Assembly (NCBI GenBank): GCA_946965045.2
Contig: OX337228.1
Coordinates: forward strand, 6,758,001-6,822,000
DNA length: 64,000 nucleotides
Direction of reading: 5' to 3'
From: Epithemia pelagica
Lineage: Eukaryota; Protista; Bacillariophyta
Shown: positions 1 to 7,626 of the stretch, piece by piece
How positions within the stretch are numbered: position 1 is the stretch's first letter
Layout: every line of letters begins with the position of its first letter
Made by a program: the position numbers and the translations under genes
The notes under the pieces: model-generated
The model's input: only the letters and a program-made list of their open reading frames with translations
What the model was told of the DNA's origin: nothing
The model's database searches: none

Positions 1-759
1 GGTACGAACCATGTCAGTCTCGTTCTGGAGTTTGCCGAATACGGTGATTTGTTTGGATACATGGCTAGTATTCCCACCTCGTTGGAGCGCTTGACTGTAG
101 CACGGCGAGTCATGAAGCAGATTAGTACGGCCGTGGATTATCTCGGACGCGTCCGGTCCATTGCTCATCGTGATATCAAACCCGAGAACATTTTGGTCTT
201 TGCCGAAAACAACGTCGGCCATGGCGGTGAAACAACCCCTGCCGAAGCTTCCATGTTCAAGCTCTGTGACTTTGGATGGGCCGTGCGCTTTTCATCGTCG
301 ACCAGACAAACAACCTTGTGTGGTACTCCCGAGTACGTTCCCATTGAAATGCTTCAGCCACGATCGCAGCCCCCCGTGTCGACGACAACAAGTCCTGTCG
401 TCAACCATGTCAACCGTGGACATGTACCAGGATCCTACGATGCGAAATACGTGGATTTGTGGGCCTTGGGTGTCCTAATGTACGAGTTGCTGCATGGATT
501 TACTCCCTTTTACGTGGATTCCGAAACAGAAGAGGATACCACCAATGAAGTCGACCGACAAAACAAAAAGAACCGTCACACCCAACTGGTCTACAAAAAT
601 ATTCGAAACTTTCGAGGAACAAAGTACCTACCAATGGACGTTCTTAGTATCGAAGGGTTCAACTTGATGGACTCCTTGTTGCAGGTGGACCCTTCAAAAC
701 GTTGCTCGGCGCTTCATGTTGCAAATCATCGTTTTCTGAGCGATGACTATATGATGTAA
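1..759 (+). CDS. Ser/Thr protein kinase, Aurora-like (5' partial)
   Basis: Frame is open from base 1 (GTNHVSLVLEFAEYGDL). Kinase motifs present: HRDIKPEN, CDFGWAV, TLCGTPEY, DLWALGVLMYELLHGFTPF and the subdomain XI Arg. DFGW plus TxCGTPEY is Aurora-like. Confidence 0.85.
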   Translation, partial: GTNHVSLVLEFAEYGDLFGYMASIPTSLERLTVARRVMKQISTAVDYLGRVRSIAHRDIKPENILVFAENNVGHGGETTPAEASMFKLCDFGWAVRFSSSTRQTTLCGTPEYVPIEMLQPRSQPPVSTTTSPVVNHVNRGHVPGSYDAKYVDLWALGVLMYELLHGFTPFYVDSETEEDTTNEVDRQNKKNRHTQLVYKNIRNFRGTKYLPMDVLSIEGFNLMDSLLQVDPSKRCSALHVANHRFLSDDYMM

Positions 760-928
760 GGGAGATCCTTCTGGTTGCCTAACATTGCATAGAGACAAGT
801 AGAGACCCAATCATTATAAGATTTGATGACTAAGATTTGCTCTCGTGTCATTATTAGAGTTTGGCGTTCTTCTTTGGAGTACCGGCGCATAGCTGTGCCT
901 ACTAGAGGTAGGTATAGATTTGTGGATG

Positions 929-973
929 GGGTTGGAGGTTGGAGGTTGGAGTTGGAGATGGGAGATGGGAGGG
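929..973 (+). repeat. G-rich short tandem repeats (GTTGGAG x4, then GATGGGA x2)
   Basis: ggggttggaggttggaggttggagttggagatgggagatgggaggg read directly in the intergenic gap. Confidence 0.55.
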
Positions 974-1407
974 ACCATTCCCGAGTCCCGCGTGCAAAAG
1001 GATCTAAAATTTGTGGGGTCGACTTGCGTTTTCTAAACAAGACCCGTATTGCTTCAGGACCGGTGCACGCGCGGGACAAGGTCATTTAGCAATGGTTTCC
1101 TATGTCCTCAAGCGCGCCAGGCGGTTGAGACAAGGACGATAACAGCGAGAAGGGTCATCTCGTTGGTTGTTGGAATTGGAATCCTGCAAAAATTTAATCC
1201 CTTGCTGTCACCTGTCACGCATGCGCGAACGCGAGCTGGGGAGCAACAAACAACAGCAACGGGAAAGTGTCTCCTATTTGTTGCATTCAAGTCGATCGAG
1301 TAGAGCCGGTCGACAATAGATCAATTGTCCTTTGTCGTCCTACATCTGATTTGTGTTGCATTGTCACAAGTTAGATCTCTTCTGTTGATATCGCAACGAT
1401 ACGCAGT

Positions 1408-2883
1408 ATGGCTTCCTCATCATTCTCGATAAACCATAGAACCACTACACCAACGTCGGTGATCACGTCCTTGGAAGACACACTTACCCGTTTGGATGAG
1501 TATGAGCTTCCAGAAGACTTCAAGTTGGATAAACCACCGCATCACGGAGATGAAAAGAAAGAAGATAATGTTCCCGCTCTTCTGGAACGATACGAACGTT
1601 TGCGTGAAGGCTACCTCAAAAGCCAAATCACCCATGGTGCATTGGAGCACCTGAAGACTCATGGTTGGGATACTCTTCCCAGCGATGGCTCCGAGGACCT
1701 TCCCACTCTAGAGGAAAGTCATCGACAAATGACCCGATCTTTGGAAGAGACGGCCCAGCAAATGATATCAGTGCAACAGGAGTTACAGACGGACTACCGC
1801 TTGCTGCAGCATCGAAAGGAAGAATTGCGTGAACTGTTGCACGACTTTCAATGCAAAGGCACTATGGATGACAATGACTATTCTTTTTCTTCAGAGTTTC
1901 AAAATTCACTTCTCGCTCAAGACGACGAGGAGTTCGACGAAGAAACTATCCAACGTGGATTGGCCGAACAAGAGGAATTGATGTTTACTCTCCATAAACG
2001 AAAGGCGGAGTTGCAGTCAAACCTTGAAGCATTACAGAAGGAGGCGGTAGCCATTGGGAAAGAAAATATGAAACTGGATGCTAAGTTGGCGTCGAAAGAA
2101 GACACGGAAGTCCTTGAAAAAGAAAATGAACGACTTCAACAGCAATTGAACCAACTCTGTACTATCAAGTCAGAATATAGCCATCGTCGACTTCTTCTAG
2201 AAGAGCTATCCGGTATCAAAATCGAGTCAATTGAGGAAGAAAAGATAAAGGAGGACCATGTTCTTGTCCACGTGAAACTCCTTCTTCTCCAAAAATATAA
2301 ACTCCAGGCGACTCTCGAGTCTCATCATCGCCAGCGTATTCGTATTGTGAACGCGGAGTTTGTCAGTGATTCGAACGAAGAAAACCTGTACCTACCACCA
2401 CTGAATGACCTGATCCCCAGTGCTCAAGACTTTTGTCCCGGAATTCTTCAGCCTCACAATCAAAGTAACCAAAGCGCTGGATTTCGTTTCCTTGTTCATC
2501 AAGCCCTAGGTCGCCTTGAAACCTATAAAATGCGCCACGAAGAAGTTTTGCAACTTCGAGAATTTTGCCTAGCGGAGGTATGCCGAAATAAATCAGACCC
2601 GGAAGACCACTTGTTTCAAAAGGTTGTGTGTGTAATGCCTTGGAAAAACACTGAGGTAACGGCAGTGCTCAGAGTCACTCCAGATTGTCCTTGTGTACCT
2701 GGGAGTATCTTTGTTGAGAGTATTTCTTGTCCTCAAGAGACACTTTCTCATTTCCAGTCTCGACTGCAATCGGAGCAAGGAGAATATTCGTCAGCCCTGA
2801 AACTTGCCAAGTACATTCAAGAAGCTCTTGATTCCGGAGAATGGGCAAAACCTGTTGACGCACCCACTGGAATGATGTCGTAA
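1408..2883 (+). CDS. Coiled-coil protein with C-terminal RWD-like region (possible Zwint/Sos7-type kinetochore protein)
   Basis: 491-aa uninterrupted ORF with a long E/L/Q heptad region (about aa 100-265), followed by an alternating strand/helix C-terminus (LPPLNDLI...FRFLVHQALGRL). The family call is inference. Confidence 0.7.
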   Translation: MASSSFSINHRTTTPTSVITSLEDTLTRLDEYELPEDFKLDKPPHHGDEKKEDNVPALLERYERLREGYLKSQITHGALEHLKTHGWDTLPSDGSEDLPTLEESHRQMTRSLEETAQQMISVQQELQTDYRLLQHRKEELRELLHDFQCKGTMDDNDYSFSSEFQNSLLAQDDEEFDEETIQRGLAEQEELMFTLHKRKAELQSNLEALQKEAVAIGKENMKLDAKLASKEDTEVLEKENERLQQQLNQLCTIKSEYSHRRLLLEELSGIKIESIEEEKIKEDHVLVHVKLLLLQKYKLQATLESHHRQRIRIVNAEFVSDSNEENLYLPPLNDLIPSAQDFCPGILQPHNQSNQSAGFRFLVHQALGRLETYKMRHEEVLQLREFCLAEVCRNKSDPEDHLFQKVVCVMPWKNTEVTAVLRVTPDCPCVPGSIFVESISCPQETLSHFQSRLQSEQGEYSSALKLAKYIQEALDSGEWAKPVDAPTGMMS

Positions 2884-3167
2884 ACAAGAAAACCGTGGGA
2901 AAGGGATGTGAGATCCATTGGCATGAAACATCATTGTTGCTGCGGCTTAGGTTGGTCCATTGTAAATGCATTTTCCATGAGACAGAAGCAATTGGCTTGC
3001 TTGCTGTCCTCCTGTGCGACCATTTTCTCGATGGTAGTGTTGCATGTATGCGAAAGAGCTGCACCAGAGCAGTTTTCAGTACTCCTAGGAATTGCCGTTT
3101 ATTCTTCAAACGACTTGGATATCTTTCTGTTGTGCATTTGCTGCCAAAGATTCGTATAATAGTACTC

Positions 3168-5296
3168 CTAGTAACATCTTCGCTGCACAGAATTGTTGGG
3201 GATTTTTTTCCTTGGGAATTTTACTGCGATATGCACAACGATGCAGGTCTTACTCGCAGGCCTGGAGCTTTCTTCATCGGTTTGCTCTCCTTCACGACAT
3301 ACGACACATTTAGAGTTTTGATTCCTGAAAATTACCGTAGGGTTCATAGACAATCGAAGAAGATTTGTTCCAAACCGCCTCTTAGCGAGAACCACTTCGT
3401 CCATTGATACACATAAAGAAATTGATCCTCTCCACCCGTGTATCGTTGTAAACCTTTCGAAGCAATGGACTGCGTCAAAGATGCGTGCATACTTGCAAGG
3501 TGAGTCGCATCTTCTCCGATATCCGCCCCGACTTGGGCTGAAATCACCAACGAGAAGTAGGCATTGCTCAAGTTGCTTGCCAGAACACTGCTTATCAAGT
3601 TGGCCGGATGAAGGGTCTCTAAATCATTCAAGGCAATTTCCACAGTATCCGAAGCTCGGAACAAGGGCTCTTGATCTTCCGCCACCACGGAAGGTGTTTC
3701 CTTCCATGTTTTGGACCCAAACTCCCGTGTACGCTCCACTGCTAGACTCGATGCTGGTGGTGGTGATGGACATGGTTCAGGATTTGGAGCATCCATGGTG
3801 GACGACGACAAGGAGGATAAAAGTTCTTGAGCTTGCTGATCATCCGTCAAAGCGCTGCGTGGTTGACCGTACCAATCTATAAAGTCTTCCAAGTCGCATC
3901 CACGATTGGCCGCCTTGAAGTCACTCATGTCCGACAACAATTTATGATCGTTGCATCATGTTGGCCACTTCAACAAGTTCTAGAATATCCCTCTGAGACT
4001 ACATTGGTGAAAGCTTGGCGATGCCAAGATTTGAATGACCGTTCATTGCCGAACTCGAAGAGGTACTTTGTTGCCCCAACCATTGTCGTCGCTGAGCCAT
4101 CAAATCGTCTGTCAACGGCAAAGGGCGCTGCAGATAGGGTGCAAAGACTTGATGTCCGTTGCTTCGGATGCTTTGACCTTCGACGGGACAACGGGCCCCC
4201 ATGCGGGTGGTCATCCACGTCGGGACAGGCCCATTCGCCTCTGTTTGGCTGGGTTGGTCCGCGTCATAGTACTGTGTCATTTGCCCGGTATGAAAGGTCG
4301 CCACACTTGGGTCATCCGCAAACGTTCTGCGGGTTTTTCTCGTCGCCTGACTCGCCACGCTTCGAGATTCCCAATTCCCAATACCGAGATGCCTGGCTTG
4401 CAACACTTTGCGCGTCATGGTTGCTTCCGGGTGGAAATGCTTTGAATGTCTTTGTTCCTGCCCCCGGAGGCAAGCTCGTATCAAACCAATCTTCCGTCAA
4501 AGGGCTGTCCGGTTGCAAATGGTTTCGTATCGAAGGCCAATACAGATGAATCGTCCACTTCTGACTCAAACGGACCACCAGCATTCCCATCCCCGGCTTC
4601 CTCCGACGGTAAATTGTAGGTATCCTGAGGTGTGGGATGGTCACGGTACGAAGGAGAACATCGCCTCGCTTGGCTCCACTTTTGTTGTTGGAGGAATCGG
4701 CAGTGGGGACGGCCGGACAGTCCATTCGACCGGCCCCCGATCCACCGCGACAGGGCAACAGGAAGCGGGCAAAGTAGCCATCGCGATAGGCTGTCACTGC
4801 CATGACACAGACACACGAAGAGAGCCAAATTAAAACACACGACATGAGTTCCGCATCAATGTCCAAGAGGCTCTACCAATCCTTCAAGGAGAGTGTTGTC
4901 GATGATGACTGAAGTCCCGAGGCAACACCCACGAGAAACGGCAAGCCATCCTTGAACACCAAACACGACTCTGCCGCACCTGCCTCCAACACGACGGAAA
5001 TTGCAAAAAAAAAGGGCGATGCAGATTTGAAAACTCTGAAAGTAGATTTTCCCAGGAACGAGCGAGAATGAGAAACGAGCCTCCGGATTGTCGTTGTCGC
5101 AAGCCTGAAAGGGGTATTTTTTGGTAGCCGTGGGATCAAAACAGGGCAACATTTTGTGGCGCAATCGTTTGGGCAATCGTCGCAGCAAGGGTTTTTCGTG
5201 AGGATTAAAGTAGGGTTCGTGTTCTTCATCCTTATTGTCATAGTCTTCTTCTTCTTCTTCTTCGTTTTGTTGTTGTTGTTGTTGCGTCGTCGTCAT
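3168..5296 (-). pseudogene. Rab3 GTPase-activating protein catalytic subunit-like pseudogene
   Basis: Rab3GAP1 signatures APYLQRPLPLTDDL and LLSDMSDFKAANRGCDLEDFIDWY lie in different frames. They are separated by a TAG (3999-4001) and a TGA (3956-3958), with no AG acceptor between that TGA and the LLSDM codons. Further apparent frame changes occur near 4860, 4480 and 3400. The 5' limit is uncertain. Confidence 0.75.
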
Positions 5297-5575
5297 CGAC
5301 TTTCTCTTGTTCTTGTTCTTGTCGTCGTCGTCTTGGTTGTGGTTTCGTTGCAGAGGAGCCGTGTCCTCTTGGCTCCGCTGTCCTCGAGGTACGCCCGACG
5401 GTTGATTGTTGTGTAGTTGGGCTGTGCTGCTGCCCTCGACCCTCAACAATGCCCCGAATAAACCGACCCCGCTGCCTCGCACCTCTATGGTCAGATCGCC
5501 AAACAACACGAAACGCCAACAACACGCAACAATCCAACACGCACAAAAACAAATACGAACGAAATACGATTGACC

Positions 5576-6496
5576 ATGATGATGTGTGATTGTGATTACT
5601 GTTACGAAAAGATGATCAGCTCCGAATGGGCTCAGTTAGTTGCTCCTTTTGTGGTTCTCATACTGTGTTACGGTGCCGCTGATGTCCTCGATGAGGCGAA
5701 ACTAATAGTCCAACACCTGCTTCGGGTCATTTTCAACAAGAAAAGTCGTACTACAAGTAGCGAACACGCGGAGCTTCGACACGAACACGCGGAGCTTCGA
5801 CAGCTTCGACACGACAAAGCTCAGCTTCAACAACAGCTGGCCATTGCCGAAGCTAAGCAACAAAAAGAAATTGCAGCGAAGGATGGAGCCTACAAGAAGC
5901 TTCGTCGCGAGAATGCGGCGCTTCGAGTGAGGAAAGTGCGGTCTGGCCGAAAGCTTCGACGCGAAAATGCTCAGCTTCAACAACAGCTTGCTGTTGCCGA
6001 AGCAAAGCTTGCTGCGAAGCAACGCGAGACTCGTCGCCACAAGGATGGAGAGATCGAGATTCGCGATCGCGAGGAGGAGGTCGACGTCGACACTGTTGCT
6101 GTTCTGCCTTGCGAGTTCGACGCTGACTTGGACTTCCCTCCTCTCGCACTCGCAGACGATCTCGAGGACGACGAGGAGACCCCTCTAGTTCCAGTCGACC
6201 GTCCTGAGCCTGAACCCGCGCTCATCCCCGACAACGACGACGAGAACACTTTGGGGCACGACTCACCCCCTCGAAATTCCACCCCTCCTTCCCCCACCCC
6301 CACCCCCACTGAAAAAGATACCTCGCCTCAGATGGATGAGAATGCCCCCCAGAGCGTGATCGAGAGTTCCGCCGGCCCCGAGAACACCCCACATTTGGGC
6401 AGAATCCTTACTGTTGCCTACTCCAAAAAGGCACACGGAATGGTGCACGTTCGACGATCCGCTCGTCTTTTGTCAGCGGGTATGGGTAAAAAATAG
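5576..6496 (+). CDS. Orphan protein: N-terminal hydrophobic segment, coiled coil, acidic/Pro-rich linker, C-terminal RRSARL motif
   Basis: Intact ~306-codon ORF. WAQLVAPFVVLILCYGAA is hydrophobic. Internal DNA duplications are visible (gaacacgcggagcttcgac x2; gctcagcttcaacaacagct x2). It ends HVRRSARLLSAGMGKK and has an AC-rich leader at 5510-5570. Confidence 0.6.
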   Translation: MMMCDCDYCYEKMISSEWAQLVAPFVVLILCYGAADVLDEAKLIVQHLLRVIFNKKSRTTSSEHAELRHEHAELRQLRHDKAQLQQQLAIAEAKQQKEIAAKDGAYKKLRRENAALRVRKVRSGRKLRRENAQLQQQLAVAEAKLAAKQRETRRHKDGEIEIRDREEEVDVDTVAVLPCEFDADLDFPPLALADDLEDDEETPLVPVDRPEPEPALIPDNDDENTLGHDSPPRNSTPPSPTPTPTEKDTSPQMDENAPQSVIESSAGPENTPHLGRILTVAYSKKAHGMVHVRRSARLLSAGMGKK

Positions 6497-6536
6497 AAAA
6501 ACAGAAAAATAACATGTCGGTTGTCGGTTGCCAGTG

Positions 6537-6606
6537 GTACGTGCGCACGTTCGTGTCGGTTATGAATCTTTCCATACTCTCACTCTACCCCTTCTTCTGT
6601 TTCTAG
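6537..6606 (+). other. Putative 70-nt spliceosomal intron downstream of the 5576-6496 stop codon
   Basis: GTACGT donor (the same hexamer is used by several introns in this window), CTCAC branch-like site at ~6579, pyrimidine tract and TTCTAG acceptor. Confidence 0.5.
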
Positions 6607-6675
6607 CGATTGCAAAATTCTACTCCTACTCCTACATCAGCTGAGTCTAGCTCGAGTCCTTGTCGGAGATGTCCT

Positions 6676-6738
6676 TGTTGGTTTGTTGGTTTGTTGGTTT
6701 GTTGGTGTGTTGGTTGTCGGTGTGTTGGTTGTCGGTGT
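6676..6738 (+). repeat. GT-rich minisatellite (TTGTTGGT-type units grading into tgtgttggttgtcgg x2)
   Basis: Read directly; lies immediately 5' of the hairpin array. Confidence 0.75.
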
Positions 6739-6741
6739 TAT

Positions 6742-7085
6742 CACAAAACCCTGGTGGCACGAGGACTTTGTCCTTGTGTCATCAGGTATGGCATGGAGAC
6801 TTCGGTCTCTGTGCCATTTGGGAAGAGTGCCATAGTTGCCCCTGGAGAATCCATTGATTCCTCCAGGCTTCCCAAATTTCACAAAATCCTGGTGGCACGA
6901 GGACTTTGTCCTTGTGTCACCAGGTATGACATGGAGACTTCGGTCTCTGTGCCATCCCAAAATCCTGGTGGTACGAGGACTTTGTCCTTGTGTCACCAGG
7001 TATGGCATGGAGACTTCGGTCTCTGTGCCATTCGGGAAGAGTGCCATAGTTGCCCCTGGAGAATCCATTGATTCCTCCGCTTCCC
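6742..7085 (+). repeat. Modular hairpin array A-B-A-A-B' (candidate structured RNA or element terminus)
   Basis: Module A occurs at 6750-6817, 6888-6955 and 6964-7031. It is a 17-bp stem with a TTT loop plus a 13-bp stem with a c(TTCG)g loop. Module B occurs at 6818-6875 and 7032-7085. It is an outer gggaag/cttccc stem enclosing the hairpin cctggag-aatc-catt-gatt-c-ctccagg (3' arm shortened in the second copy). Confidence 0.9.
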
Positions 7086-7284
7086 TACCCGCTGTATTTA
7101 AGTGTTGGGTTGATCGATAACGAGTGGATTAGTGTTTCGGCTAAAATGTTTCTATATAACATGTAGTGGTAACAATAGCAAGTGGAACATTTGAACATGC
7201 ACGACAACATAGCTGACTAGTGATTCCTAGGAGTAGTCGACAATCAGAGAGGATAAATGGTAATTGCTGTTTAAGTGGCTGAAG

Positions 7285-7625
7285 CTACTTCATGTGCTTC
7301 TTTGTGAGCTTTCTTGCCTTCCCTACACCAGCGCGACCCTTCTTTTTCTCCTCTGCCTCTTCACTTTCGCTGGACTGTTCCGCAGCATGGTCCCCGCCGC
7401 CAAAAGATCCCGTGACGCGTCGTCGTCGTTGAGGTCGTGTTTTCCCAAGGTCGCATTCCTCAATGTCATCTTCTTCTTCGTTTGCTGGGTCCTCCTCATC
7501 CCGGGTGGTTGTCGTAGTCACTTGTTGTTGTTGCTGCTGCAGCAGACGCCGCCGTCGTTGGGGTGGACCGCTGCTTGTGCTTGTACTTGTTTGTGCGAGG
7601 CTTGCCGCTTCTTGCTCTTGGTTTG
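7285..7625 (-). pseudogene. C-terminal fragment of an unidentified low-complexity protein gene, lacking its 5' part
   Basis: The minus frame reads as typical diatom low-complexity protein (QQQQQQVTTTTTRDEEDPANEEEDD...KARKLTKKHMK*). It runs directly into the antisense of the PP4R1-like fragment, with no start or promoter space. Confidence 0.45.
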
Positions 7626-7626
7626 G

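Noticed and set aside
929-973. Telomeric repeat or G-quadruplex
   Set aside because: Not TTAGGG; mostly two-G tracts and short; kept only as a simple repeat.
6760-6790. Hammerhead ribozyme on the minus strand (CTGATGA at 6785-6779 followed by a stem)
   Set aside because: The stem is followed by CCACC, not GAAA, and the other two copies read CTGGTGA.
6818-6875. HDV-like (GGGCAAC on minus) or pistol-like (ATAGTTGC on plus) ribozyme; IRE or SECIS
   Set aside because: I could not build the required nested pseudoknot pairings, CAGUG loop or AUGA/GA quartet.
6742-7085. CRISPR array
   Set aside because: Repeats are 68-76 bp modules abutting each other with no unique spacers; no cas genes; eukaryotic context.
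6610-7120. ORFs 6610-7071, 6637-7068 and 6836-7120
   Set aside because: They are translations of the minisatellite and hairpin repeats, with no protein-like signal.
7264-7625. N-terminal membrane domain of ORF 7264-8109
   Set aside because: The hydrophobic look comes from reading the antisense of Q/E/T/K tracts; PP4R1 homology starts only at ~7627.
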